From contig JAKAJU010000183.1 in the NCBI GenBank assembly GCA_021813655.1, positions 1 through 58,386 on the forward strand: a stretch of 58,386 nt of DNA. Direction: 5' to 3'. Shown in pieces: positions 9,514-19,268 of the stretch (its first letter is position 1; each line of letters opens with the position of its first letter). The position numbers were made by a program, and so were the translations under genes. This DNA is from Chloroflexota bacterium (GTDB taxonomy: Bacteria > Chloroflexota > Limnocylindria > Limnocylindrales > CSP1-4). The notes under the pieces were generated by a model. That model did not search any database. It was given only the letters and a program-made list of their open reading frames with translations, and was not told where the DNA came from.

Positions 9514-9816
9514 GGTGGTGAGCTGCGACGGCCGGATGGCGTCGGACGGGCCGCCTCGGACCACGCGGACGTCCGGTTCGGCGTCCAGGGGTCGGGGGTG
9601 CCGTCCGGGTCACGCTGGCGCGCGACGTCCGCGGATGGAAGCCGTTCGGGTCCGACCCCTGGCGGGTCCTCGTCGCGCCCGACGCGCGGCTCGCCCACGA
9701 ATCCGTCGCGTCGCGAGAGCGTGACGCCCGCGACGACCGCGCCGGGCGGCTGTCACGCCCGCTGCGTGGGCCGACCGGCGCGTCAGCTCGAGTCCGGTGG
9801 CCCTGGCCGCCTCGGG

Positions 9817-10998
9817 TCAGGAGGCTTCCGTCAGCCCGTACACGCGGCGGGCGTTGCCGCTCCCTACGAGATCCACGACGCGCTCCGCATCGCCGAGGGA
9901 CCAGTCGCCGGCCGCGACCCACCCGCCGAGCACGCGGCTCATCGCGCGCCGGAACAGCCAGCTCCCGAGGACGTGCAGCTCTGGCAGGCCCCACGCATCG
10001 GACGAGAAGAGGATCTTCGTGAACGGCGCGAGCTCGAGCGATTCGCGGACGACCTGCGTGCTCGCGGCTCCCGTGAACGTCACCGCCAGGCCCACGTCCG
10101 CGTAGACGTGCGGGAACATCTGGGCGAGGTAGCCGGCGTGGCGCTGGAACGGGTACGTGTGCAGCAGCAGGATCGGGCAGGTCCCTTCGGTCGCCCGGAT
10201 GAAGTCGGTGAGGAGCAACGGGTCGCACCGATGGAGGTCGAGGTCGGGGTCGCCGTAGCCCGTGTGGATCTGGAGCGGGAGCCCGGTCGCGATGCCCTCC
10301 CAGAGCCCGAACCTGAGCAGCACCGGGTCGGTCAGCCGACTACAGCCCGTCTTCCCGATCTCGCGGAACCACGCTCCGGCCCGTTCCGCGACATCCCTGT
10401 CCGACGGTCGACTCGGCTCGAAGTCCAGGCCGCAGCGGTACGCGATGATCGACTTCAACCCGGCCGCTCCGCGCGCGTCCGCGCGGAGTGCCGAGCGAAA
10501 CGCGTCGGCGAACCGGGCGGCAGAGACGCCGTCGCCGGCCACGCGCTCCGCGACGCCCTCCAGGCGGACGATCGTCTCCGCCCGGGCCTCCGCCAGCCGG
10601 CCCAGCTCGCCCACCGGCAGGAGGTCGTCTGGCCGGAAACCCGTGTCCACGAGCATCCGGCCAACGCCCGCGTGCGGAAGGAGACGACCCGCTGCCGTCT
10701 CGTTCGACATCGCGAGCCGCTGCTCCAGGTAGTCGGCGACACTCGCGTGCTCGGGCAGGCCCAGCAGCGGAGCGCACCAGCGGCGGAGGGCGAAGGCGAC
10801 CTGGGAGTCCATACCCGCCGCGTCGGCCGCAGACCGTCGATCCGACTCCGTGAGCATCAGCGTGAACGTCTCGCGGTCGACGGTGCCCCGAACGATGCTG
10901 TGGGTATGGTGATCGACCAGCGAGGCGCGCGCGAGAACCTCGTTCACGCCTCCGTGGGGTCCATCGGCGACGCTCCCGCGCTCGACCTCAGATGACAT
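9817..10998 (-). CDS. amidohydrolase_2 family protein (similar to FluG/NodGS N-terminal domain)
   Basis: VDHHTH metal motif, LKSIIAYRCGL, LQIHTGYGDPD, LLHTYPF, KILFSSDAWG. Confidence 0.88.
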   Translation of the reverse strand: MSSEVERGSVADGPHGGVNEVLARASLVDHHTHSIVRGTVDRETFTLMLTESDRRSAADAAGMDSQVAFALRRWCAPLLGLPEHASVADYLEQRLAMSNETAAGRLLPHAGVGRMLVDTGFRPDDLLPVGELGRLAEARAETIVRLEGVAERVAGDGVSAARFADAFRSALRADARGAAGLKSIIAYRCGLDFEPSRPSDRDVAERAGAWFREIGKTGCSRLTDPVLLRFGLWEGIATGLPLQIHTGYGDPDLDLHRCDPLLLTDFIRATEGTCPILLLHTYPFQRHAGYLAQMFPHVYADVGLAVTFTGAASTQVVRESLELAPFTKILFSSDAWGLPELHVLGSWLFRRAMSRVLGGWVAAGDWSLGDAERVVDLVGSGNARRVYGLTEAS

Positions 10999-12292
10999 CG
11001 GCATACCGCCGGCAGCGCTCCTCCGGCGTCATCGCCGTGAGCTCGCGCGATTCCGTGCGCCGGATGCTCAGGTGCGTCGCCAGCAGCTGCGCCGCGAACC
11101 AGGACCTCGCCGCGGCGTCCTCCTCGAGGGCGGCCTGCGCGGCCTCCAGGTCGCGAGGCAGGTCCACGATGCCGAGGCGGTCGCGGTCCGCGGGGCCGAT
11201 CGCATCGAGATCGCCCTCCACGAGCGCCGGAGCCGGCAGCTCCCGCTGAAGGCCGTCGATCCCCGCGCGAATCAGGGCGGCGAGCACGAGCCACGGGTTC
11301 GCGGTCGCGTCGCACGCACGGTATTCGAGGTTCGCCATCTCGAGGGTGCGCGCGTCGCCCAGGGTGGTGACCGGGCAGAGCCGCACCAGCGCCTCCCGGT
11401 TCATGTGCCCGAAGAACGCCGCCGCCGAGCTCCAGCGGCCGGGCGCCAGACGGATGCTCGAGACCACGCTCGGGGCCGTCCAGGCGACGAGCGCCCCCGC
11501 GTGCGCGAGGATCCCCGCGACGAACCGCTGCGCGGGGGTCGACGGCTCGCTCGTCTCCGGGTCGAGCGTCACGGGGCGCCCGGCGCGGTCCCACACGCTC
11601 AGGTGGACGTGGACGCCGTTGCCGACCGCGTCGGGCCGCACGAGGGGGGCGAAGACCGCGCGCATGCCGTGGCTCGCGGCGAGGTCGCGCGCGATCGCAC
11701 GGGTGAGGATGGCCCGGTCGGCGGCCGTCATCGCGTCGGCCGGGCCGATCGTGATCTCGTACTGGCCCGCCCCATACTCGGGCAGCCACGTCTCCGGCTC
11801 GAATCCGCTCGCGTGCAGCGTCTCCACGAGCTCGGACCCGAACGGCTCCGCGACTCGGTGAGCCTCGATGCTGAAGGGGGCGTCCGGCGTGAGCCCGCGC
11901 AGCGTGAACTCCTGCTCGAACGCCGCGACCACCCGCAGCCCGAATCGGTCATCCAGGTCGCGCACCGCCTCCGCGAGCGCGTGCCGGGGGCAGCACTCCC
12001 ACGGCCGACCGTCGGGGTGGACGATATCGGCGAGCACCAGCTGGGTCGACGGCCGTCCGTCGACGCCCGGAAGGCGACATTCGGCCGACTCGACGGGCAG
12101 GAGCCGGATATCGCCCAGGGATCCGAACGGGTTCGGCACCGCGAGGCTCCCGAAGGTCGTCTGCGCGAGGTCGGCCGGAACCCACCCGACCCCGCGCCGC
12201 AGGTGATCCGCGAGCTCGTCGGAGCGGATCGCGCGTCCGCGCGTGATCGCGACGAGGTCGCACGTGCCGATGAACGTCAGGCTCGCGGCCAC
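10988..12292 (-). CDS. glutamine synthetase-like protein (probable gamma-glutamyl-amine ligase)
   Basis: FEQEF, EYGAGQYEI, GNGVHVHLS, RLAPGRW, NREALVR, LEYRACDATANPW. Start GTG 12292 (GGGAG SD) or 12325. Confidence 0.88.
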   Translation of the reverse strand: MAASLTFIGTCDLVAITRGRAIRSDELADHLRRGVGWVPADLAQTTFGSLAVPNPFGSLGDIRLLPVESAECRLPGVDGRPSTQLVLADIVHPDGRPWECCPRHALAEAVRDLDDRFGLRVVAAFEQEFTLRGLTPDAPFSIEAHRVAEPFGSELVETLHASGFEPETWLPEYGAGQYEITIGPADAMTAADRAILTRAIARDLAASHGMRAVFAPLVRPDAVGNGVHVHLSVWDRAGRPVTLDPETSEPSTPAQRFVAGILAHAGALVAWTAPSVVSSIRLAPGRWSSAAAFFGHMNREALVRLCPVTTLGDARTLEMANLEYRACDATANPWLVLAALIRAGIDGLQRELPAPALVEGDLDAIGPADRDRLGIVDLPRDLEAAQAALEEDAAARSWFAAQLLATHLSIRRTESRELTAMTPEERCRRYADVI

Positions 12293-12338
12293 GGGACTCC
12301 CTTCCGGGCTGGCGCGGACGGTCACTGCGGCCCCGCCG

Positions 12339-13034
12339 CTACGGGACGAACGCGATCACTCGGGCTGGGCTGCCCGATCCGTCCGTGAGCTTCAGGACCC
12401 CGACGACGACCCACGCCCCGAGCGGCGGCAGCTGGGCCAGATTCGTCAACCCCTCGAGATGCCAGACGCCGCGGGGATGGCTGATCTGGCGGTGCACGAC
12501 GAAGTCCGTGGCGACGCCCGGGTCGATGCCGAGCGAGTCCACGCCGAGCCCACCTGCCGCCCGCTCTTCGACGAGGAAGCGGGCCGCATCCGGGCCGAAT
12601 CCGGGGAAGCGCAGCGGTCCCGGGGCGCCGGCGTAGCGCGCCGCGTCCGTGTTGAACGCCTCCCAGCCGGTGCGGAGGAGGACGGCGGCCCCGTCCGGGA
12701 TCCGGCCATGACGCGCCTCGAACGCCTGGACCTGCTCGAGGGTGAGCGTGGCGTCGGGTCGCCCGGCGCAGGCCTCGCCGATGTCGATCATCGCGGCGGG
12801 ACGGACGAGGCTCTCGACCGGGATCTGATCGACGCTCGTCGTCCCGTCGATCATGTGGCACGGGGCGTCGAAGTGCGTCCCCGAGTGCTCCATGAAGGAG
12901 ATCCTGCGGTTGTAGAAGCCGTCGCGGGCAACGGTCAGGATCGTCTCTGCCGTTGGTGCAGGCGCGCCGGGCCACATCACCGTCGCGGAATCGAGCGACT
13001 GCGTCAGGTCGACCACCCGCATGTTCATGAACAT
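12339..13034 (-). CDS. cyclase family metal-dependent hydrolase (kynurenine formamidase-like)
   Basis: [50 protein letters not shown]. Confidence 0.9.
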   Translation of the reverse strand: MFMNMRVVDLTQSLDSATVMWPGAPAPTAETILTVARDGFYNRRISFMEHSGTHFDAPCHMIDGTTSVDQIPVESLVRPAAMIDIGEACAGRPDATLTLEQVQAFEARHGRIPDGAAVLLRTGWEAFNTDAARYAGAPGPLRFPGFGPDAARFLVEERAAGGLGVDSLGIDPGVATDFVVHRQISHPRGVWHLEGLTNLAQLPPLGAWVVVGVLKLTDGSGSPARVIAFVP

Positions 13035-13207
13035 CCTCAGCTCCTCCCGTCAGGTCGTCGTCCATCATGGGGACCGGACAGCGCGCTGGCAAGATTCGGG
13101 GCTCACCCGCAGCGCGGGCGCCGCGATGCCGCGCACCTTGCGGAGGCGAACGTGGATGGCGTAGCGTCCGGACTCGACGCAGGAAACCGGGCGCGGAGGA
13201 GGGTGAG

Positions 13208-14098
13208 ATGGCGAAGGAGATCTACTGCGCGGTCGGTGTCCACATCGACGCGGTGGCGGGCTGGCTCGGTTCCTATGGGGGCGAAGACTCGCCGTCCGAC
13301 ATCCAGCGGGGCATGTTCGCCGGCGAGGTCGGCGTCCCGCGCGTTCTCCGTCTGCTCGACCGGTACGGAATCCGCGGCAGCTGGTTCATCCCCGGCCACT
13401 CGATCGAGACCTTCCCCGACCAGACCCGGATGATCGTCGACGCCGGGCACGAGATCGGGGCTCACGGCTATTCGCACGAGAACCCGGTCGCGATGACTCC
13501 CCGGCAGGAGGAGGACGTGCTCGCGAGATGCGTCGACCTCGTCGAGCGCGTCTCGGGCAGGCGGCCGCGAGGATACGTCGCTCCCTGGTGGGAGATGTCG
13601 GCGAGCACCGGGGAGCTGCTCCTCAAGTACGGCTTCAGCTACGACAACAGCCAGGCCTACAACGACTTCACGCCCTTCTACGCCCGCGTCGGCGACACCT
13701 GGACCAAGGTGGACTACACCGCGGAGGCGAGCACCTGGATGAAGCCCCTGGTCCGGGGCCGTGAGATCGACGTCGTCGAGATCGCCGCGAACTGGTACCT
13801 CGACGACCTGCCGCCGATGATGTTCATCAAGGCGTCGCCGAACAGCCACGGATTCGTGAGCCCGCGCCACCTCGGGGAGATGTGGCTCGACGAGTTCGAC
13901 TGGGTCCATCGCGAGATGGACTACGCGGTGTTCGCGCTCACGATCCACCCGGACGTGAGCGGGCGGCCCCAGGTCCTCCTCATGCTCGAGCGACTCATCG
14001 AGCACGTCAACGCCCACGAGGGGACGTACTGGCGCACCTTCGAGGAGATCGCGGACGACTTCCGCCGCCGGTGCCCGCCGCCATCGGCGCCGGCCTGA
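13208..14098 (+). CDS. polysaccharide deacetylase family protein (CE4, HP0310/PuuE-like subgroup)
   Basis: [60 protein letters not shown]; GGAGGAGGG SD. Confidence 0.9.
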   Translation: MAKEIYCAVGVHIDAVAGWLGSYGGEDSPSDIQRGMFAGEVGVPRVLRLLDRYGIRGSWFIPGHSIETFPDQTRMIVDAGHEIGAHGYSHENPVAMTPRQEEDVLARCVDLVERVSGRRPRGYVAPWWEMSASTGELLLKYGFSYDNSQAYNDFTPFYARVGDTWTKVDYTAEASTWMKPLVRGREIDVVEIAANWYLDDLPPMMFIKASPNSHGFVSPRHLGEMWLDEFDWVHREMDYAVFALTIHPDVSGRPQVLLMLERLIEHVNAHEGTYWRTFEEIADDFRRRCPPPSAPA

Positions 14099-14205
14099 CG
14101 GCCCGATCATGCGCGAGCGCGCGCATGGGGCTGCCGAACGACAGCCGGGTGGGTTACGCTCTCGCCTCACCACGGTCCAAGTGGGGCGAGCCTGAGGAGG
14201 GGCGA

Positions 14206-15375
14206 ATGATCAGGAAGTTCGCGATCGCCGCGCTCGTGACGAGCCTCGCGGTGGCCGCCTGCAGCGGCGGCGGCGGGTCGGGAGACAAGATCAAGATCGG
14301 CGGAGGCTTCGCGCTCACCGGGGACGAGTCGTCGCTCGACCTGCCCGCGGCCAACGGCGCGAAGCTCGCCGTAAAGGAGATCAACGCCGCGGGCGGCGTC
14401 CTCGGCAAGCAGATCGACTTCATCGTCCACGACAGCCAGTACAAGATGGACGTGACTGCGCAGACAGCGAAGCAGTTCGTGGAGCAGGACAAGGTCCAGG
14501 CGATGATCGGCTACACGGACACGGACTCTGTCCTCGCCTCCGGCCCGACCTTCCAGTCCGCCGGCATCCCGTTCATCACGGTCGGCGCGACCTCGCCGAA
14601 GATCCCGGCGCAGGTCGGTGACGTCATGTACCTCGCGTGCTTCGGCGACAACGTCCAGGCCGCGGCTGGCGCCGAGTACTCGCTGAAGAACTTCGGCAAG
14701 AACGCCTACCTCCTCTGGGACAAGGGTGTCGAGTACACCACGCTGCTCGGGGCGTACTTCAAGGCGCGCTTCACCGAGGCGGGCGGGACCATCGTCCTCG
14801 AGGACTCGTACGATGACAAGGCCACGGACTTCTCGGCCCAGATCGCAAAGATGAAGGCGCTCTCGCCGGCACCGGACTTCTACTACATCGCCGCGATGCC
14901 CTACAACGTCGGCCCGCTCGTGAAGCAGATGCGCGACGCCGGCATCAGCGGTCCCGTCGTGGGCGGTGACGGCTACGACACGCCGGACCTCGTCAGCGTG
15001 GCCGGCACCGCATCGGACAACGTCTACTTCTCAACCCACGCCCTCATGGACGCGACCGGCGGGACGGACAAGATCAAGACCTTCATGGCCGCGTACAGCA
15101 AGGAGTACGGTCACGACCCCGAGAACGCATTCGCTGCCCTCGGGTACGACACGGTCTACCTGCTCGTGGACGCGATCAAGCGCGCCGGGTCGATGGATCC
15201 GGCGGCGCTGAAGACCGCCATCGGATCGACGAAGGACTTCCCCGGGATCACGGGGGCGATCACCTTCGCCAACGGGTCGCACGTCCCCCAGAAGGGCGTC
15301 ACCCTGGTCGCGGTGACGGGCGGGAAGTTCACCCTCGGAGCGGAGGTCGTGCCCGAGGCTGTCCCCGCCCCGTAG
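14206..15375 (+). CDS. branched-chain amino acid/amide ABC transporter substrate-binding lipoprotein (LivK-like)
   Basis: Lipobox LAVAAC, IKIG...LTG, LAVKEINAAGGVLGKQI, AALGYD, FPGITGAITF; GAGGAGG SD. Confidence 0.92.
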   Translation: MIRKFAIAALVTSLAVAACSGGGGSGDKIKIGGGFALTGDESSLDLPAANGAKLAVKEINAAGGVLGKQIDFIVHDSQYKMDVTAQTAKQFVEQDKVQAMIGYTDTDSVLASGPTFQSAGIPFITVGATSPKIPAQVGDVMYLACFGDNVQAAAGAEYSLKNFGKNAYLLWDKGVEYTTLLGAYFKARFTEAGGTIVLEDSYDDKATDFSAQIAKMKALSPAPDFYYIAAMPYNVGPLVKQMRDAGISGPVVGGDGYDTPDLVSVAGTASDNVYFSTHALMDATGGTDKIKTFMAAYSKEYGHDPENAFAALGYDTVYLLVDAIKRAGSMDPAALKTAIGSTKDFPGITGAITFANGSHVPQKGVTLVAVTGGKFTLGAEVVPEAVPAP

Positions 15376-15411
15376 GCGCGCCGTCCGCCGGAAGGCGGCC
15401 CGCCGCACGAT

Positions 15412-15447
15412 CGAGACCCGTGCCCGAGCCCTCGGGCACGGGTCTCG
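15412..15447. terminator. strong hairpin between convergent genes (probable bidirectional terminator)
   Basis: CGAGACCCGTGCCCGAG-CC-CTCGGGCACGGGTCTCG, a perfect 17-bp inverted repeat; no U tract. Confidence 0.7.
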
Positions 15448-15518
15448 CGCATCCGGAGGCCGCGTCGCCCACCCTGGCCGCGAAGGTGGCAACCCCTGTC
15501 GAGGCGGTTCGCGGCCGC

Positions 15519-16589
15519 CTACGGCGCCTCCGTCTCGGGTCCTTCCGGGCCTCCGCCTCCGCGGAGGGACCGGAGGCGGGTGGAGAGCCGGTCGAACGAG
15601 ATCTCCCGCTGGCCCATGATGCCCTCGGGCCGGAAGACGATGACCGCGATGAAGAAGGCGGCGAGCAGCGCCCCGCTCAGCCCGTAGAGCAGCGTCACGT
15701 CCTCGACGCGTCGGAGCCCCTCTGCGAGAGCCAGGACCACCACCGAGCCGATCACCGAGCCGCTGACCGACCCCATGCCGCCCACGACGAGCATCGTGAT
15801 GACACGGAACGTGAGGTCGAAGTAGAACACCGTCGGCGAGAACGACGTGATGAAGTGCGCGTAGAGCGAGCCGGCGATCGCCGTGAAGAACGCGCCGATG
15901 ACAAAGGCGAGCAGCCGCGGACGGAGGATCGAGATCCCGACGGACTGTGCGGCCCACCGGTCGCGCCGCTGCGCGAACATCGCCCGGCCGTACTGCGAGC
16001 GCTTCAGGCGCCACACGGCATAGATCACGAGGACGGCGCACGCCCACGCCCACCAGAGGTTCGTGTACGGCGTGACGTTCGAGAACGTTCGCGACCCGCG
16101 GGTGAACCCGTCCGCGTTGAAGAGGATCACCCGGACGATGACGAGGAATCCCAGGGTCGCGACGGCGACGAAGTGCCCGGAGAGCCGCATGAGCACAGCG
16201 CCGACGAGGAGCGCGACGAAGGCCACGAGGAGGCCGGCGATGAGCGTCGCTGCCAACCAGCCCACCGGGAGCGGCCCGACCACCTGGTCCAGGTGCACGC
16301 CTGCCAGCCAGGACGGCAGGTCCGGCAGGTATTCCGATTTGACGGCGAGCGGCAGGGTCAGGATCGCGGAGATGTAAGCGCCCAGCGCCATGAACCCGAT
16401 GTTGCCGAGCGAGAAGACCCCTGTGAACCCGCTCGCGAGGTTCAGGCTCACCACGAGGATCGTGAAGATCGCCAGATTGATCATCAGCCCCTGCCAGAAC
16501 GCGAGGCCGGACGCATCGAGGAGGGCGAGGCCGACGCTCAGCCCCAGGATCGAGAGGAGCGGTCCGGCGACGCGCGGAGACATCCTCAC
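15519..16589 (-). CDS. livM: branched-chain amino acid ABC transporter permease (LivM-like)
   Basis: SLNLASGFTGVFSLG, RLSGHFVAVATLGF, MLVVGGMGSVSG, FRPEGIMG. Confidence 0.9.
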   Translation of the reverse strand: MRMSPRVAGPLLSILGLSVGLALLDASGLAFWQGLMINLAIFTILVVSLNLASGFTGVFSLGNIGFMALGAYISAILTLPLAVKSEYLPDLPSWLAGVHLDQVVGPLPVGWLAATLIAGLLVAFVALLVGAVLMRLSGHFVAVATLGFLVIVRVILFNADGFTRGSRTFSNVTPYTNLWWAWACAVLVIYAVWRLKRSQYGRAMFAQRRDRWAAQSVGISILRPRLLAFVIGAFFTAIAGSLYAHFITSFSPTVFYFDLTFRVITMLVVGGMGSVSGSVIGSVVVLALAEGLRRVEDVTLLYGLSGALLAAFFIAVIVFRPEGIMGQREISFDRLSTRLRSLRGGGGPEGPETEAP

Positions 16590-17560
16590 GGGACCTCCTC
16601 CCGGCCGCCGCCCCCGACGATCCCGTTGGGCCTGAACAGGAGCATGAGGATGAGGAACACGAACACGAACGCGTCACGGTAGCTGCCGAGGGAGCTCGGG
16701 AAGACCTGCGTGAGCAGGTCGTGCACGCCCGGAGGCACGGCGCCCGGCGGCAGGATGTCCGCGATCCCGGACAGCGCGGTGGGGATGACCTCGAGGATGC
16801 CGAGCGCATACGCACCGACCACCGCGCCGGACAGGCTGCCGAAGCCGCCGATCACGGCCGCGATGAACGCCTTGAGCACGGGCGTGAAGCCCAGGTACGG
16901 ATTGATCTGGCCGGCCTGCGACGCGTAGAGGAAGCCGGCGACGGCGGCGAGCCCGGAGGAGATGGCGAAGGCCGTCGCGACGACGCGGTTCACCCGGATG
17001 CCCATGAGACGGGCCGCGGGGAGGTCCTCCGCCGCCGCGTGCATCGAGAGCCCGAGGCGCGTTCTGGTCACGAAGACCGTGAGCAGTGTGAGGAGGACCG
17101 CCCCGGTCACGAGGCTCACGATGTTCACCTTGGGCACGGTGATCGCGCCGAAGGCGACGACACCGTTGACAATGTCGGGGGCCGGGAACGCGATCTGGAC
17201 CGGCTCGCCGGCGAGCCGGCTGACGAGGAGCGTCCCGTTCTGGAGGATCTGCCCGACGGCGAACGAGGTGAGCAGCATCGCGACCTCGGCCGCGCCGCGG
17301 ATCGGCCGATACGCGATCCGCTCCATGAGGAGCCCGATGACGACGGCGCCCACGACCATGAACACGAGCGCCGCAGGCAGCGGCATTCCGGCGAACAGGG
17401 CGAAGGTCACGAGATAGGCGGCGACCATCATGATGTCGCCGTGGGCGAAGTTGATGAGGCGGAGGATGCTGAAGATGAGCGCCAAGCCCACCGCCATGAG
17501 CGCGTACAGGCTGCCCGCGCTCACCGCGTTCACGACCTGCTGGATGAAGTAGTCGCCCAT
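16586..17560 (-). CDS. livH: branched-chain amino acid ABC transporter permease (LivH-like)
   Basis: GSLYALMAVGLALIF, INFAHG, AARLMGI, KAFIAAVIGGFGS, FRPNGI. Confidence 0.92.
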   Translation of the reverse strand: MGDYFIQQVVNAVSAGSLYALMAVGLALIFSILRLINFAHGDIMMVAAYLVTFALFAGMPLPAALVFMVVGAVVIGLLMERIAYRPIRGAAEVAMLLTSFAVGQILQNGTLLVSRLAGEPVQIAFPAPDIVNGVVAFGAITVPKVNIVSLVTGAVLLTLLTVFVTRTRLGLSMHAAAEDLPAARLMGIRVNRVVATAFAISSGLAAVAGFLYASQAGQINPYLGFTPVLKAFIAAVIGGFGSLSGAVVGAYALGILEVIPTALSGIADILPPGAVPPGVHDLLTQVFPSSLGSYRDAFVFVFLILMLLFRPNGIVGGGGREEVP

Positions 17561-17563
17561 CGG

Positions 17564-18265
17564 TCAGAGGCCGAAGTAGGACTGCTCGATGCGCGGATCG
17601 TGGCGCAGCGAGTCGGCCGCTCCCTCGAACGTGATCCGGCCCGTCTCCATGACGTAGGCGCGGTCCGCCGCATCGAGGGCGTGATGGACATTCTGCTCGA
17701 CGAGCAGGATCGTGAGGCCCTGGCGTTTGAGCCCCTCGATGACCTCGAAGATGTGCTCGACCATGATCGGCGCGAGGCCGAGCGAGGGCTCGTCCAGAAG
17801 CAGGAGCCGCGGCTTGCTCATGAGGGCGCGCGCGATCGCGAGCATCTGCTGCTCGCCGCCTGACAGCGTCCCTCCGGCCTGCTTCATCCGGTCCCGCAGC
17901 CGCGGGAAGGTATCTTCCACGAGCTCGATGTCCCGACGGGCTTCGGCGGCCGGCCGCTGGACGCCCCCGAGGATCAGGTTCTCGCGCACGGTGAGGCGCC
18001 CGAAGATGTGGCGGCCCTCCGGGCAGTGGGAGATGCCAAGGGCGACGATCCTGTCCGTCGATTCGTTCGAGATGTCCCGCCCGTCGTACACGATCGCCCC
18101 GGACCGTGGCCGCAGGAGCCCGGAGATCGACTTGAGCGTGGTGGACTTGCCGGCGCCGTTCGACCCGATGATCGCGACGAGCTCGCCGGTCTCGACGCGC
18201 AGTGACGCTCCGTTCACGGCGCGGATGTTGCCGTAGAAGACGTGGAGGTCACGGAGCTCAAGCAT
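17564..18265 (-). CDS. livF: ABC transporter ATP-binding protein (LivF-like)
   Basis: GSNGAGKST, PEGRHIF, LSGGEQQMLA, LLLDEPSLGLAP, LLVEQN. Confidence 0.95.
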   Translation of the reverse strand: MLELRDLHVFYGNIRAVNGASLRVETGELVAIIGSNGAGKSTTLKSISGLLRPRSGAIVYDGRDISNESTDRIVALGISHCPEGRHIFGRLTVRENLILGGVQRPAAEARRDIELVEDTFPRLRDRMKQAGGTLSGGEQQMLAIARALMSKPRLLLLDEPSLGLAPIMVEHIFEVIEGLKRQGLTILLVEQNVHHALDAADRAYVMETGRITFEGAADSLRHDPRIEQSYFGL

Positions 18266-19067
18266 GCTTCGCCTGGCCGAGGTAGGCGGAGATGACGCCG
18301 GGATCCACCCGGACCGTGGCCGGATCGCCGTCCGCGATGAGCACGCCGTAGTTGAGGACCTGGATCCGGTCGCAGAGGTTCATGACGAGCGGGATATCGT
18401 GGGCCACGAGAATGATCGTGATCCCGAGATCCCCGCGGAGTCTCCTGATCAACCCGTTCAGCTCCGCGGCCTCCGACGGGTTCATGCCCGCGCTAGGCTC
18501 GTCGAGCAGGAGGACCTTCGGGCCGACCGCCACGGCCCGTGCGATCTCGAGCCGGCGCTGGTCGCCGTACGGCAGGCTCCGCGCGAGACGGTCGGTCCGA
18601 TCGCCCAGCCCAACGAGGTCGAGGAGCTCTGCCGACCGCGCCCGGATCCGCTCTTCCCGCTCGCGGAACGCGCGCGTCGACATCATCGCGGACCACAGCG
18701 AGCCCGGCAGGTGGCGCTGCGCCGCAACGGCCACGTTGTCGAGCACCGACATGTCGTCGAACAGGCGGATGTTCTGGAAGGTACGGGCGATGCCGAGCTG
18801 TGCGACCCGGTACGCGGACAGGTGCGTCACGTCCACGCCCAGCAGGTGGATCGCGCCGGTCGACGGCCGCACCATCCCCGAGAGCAGGTTGAACAGGGTC
18901 GTCTTGCCGGCCCCGTTCGGGCCGATCACGCCGTGGATCGTCCGGGGCGCAAGATCGAGCGAGTAGTCCGCGAGCGCGACCAGCCCTCTGTAATGCTTCC
19001 CGAGGCCCACGACCTGCAGAAGCAGCGAAGGGTCTGGCGCGACCGACGCCGCGGGGGGGCTGGCCAC
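18258..19067 (-). CDS. livG: ABC transporter ATP-binding protein (LivG-like)
   Basis: GPNGAGKTT, RTFQNIRLF, LPYGDQRRLEIARA, LLLDEPSAGMN, AYLG. Confidence 0.95.
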   Translation of the reverse strand: MASPPAASVAPDPSLLLQVVGLGKHYRGLVALADYSLDLAPRTIHGVIGPNGAGKTTLFNLLSGMVRPSTGAIHLLGVDVTHLSAYRVAQLGIARTFQNIRLFDDMSVLDNVAVAAQRHLPGSLWSAMMSTRAFREREERIRARSAELLDLVGLGDRTDRLARSLPYGDQRRLEIARAVAVGPKVLLLDEPSAGMNPSEAAELNGLIRRLRGDLGITIILVAHDIPLVMNLCDRIQVLNYGVLIADGDPATVRVDPGVISAYLGQAKHA

Positions 19068-19268
19068 TGGTGCTCTCTCCGGGTGCCCGGGGACGGGGGG
19101 TGTGTCGCGTCGGTCGCCGTCGCGTGCTTCGGCGCAGGACGGGGCCGACTATCGCACAGCCCTCAGAGCAGCGTCAAACCGCACGCGCGACCGGCCACCC
19201 GCCCGCCGGGGCCTCGCTCAACTGGCGCGCCGGCGTCCCGAGGGCGCAGATCCCCGGGTGGGAACGCG

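Noticed and set aside
10988-12292. Calling the gene glnA (true glutamine synthetase)
   Set aside because: The Glu flap is replaced by Trp and the context is catabolic; left as GS-like.
13035-13207. Sigma-54 promoter (TGGCA) in the cyclase/deacetylase divergent region
   Set aside because: No TTGC at the required -12 position.
8339-19260. Possible tRNA-Val-anchored genomic island
   Set aside because: The accessory block lies on the 5' side of the tRNA; I found no integrase or duplicated tRNA 3' end.
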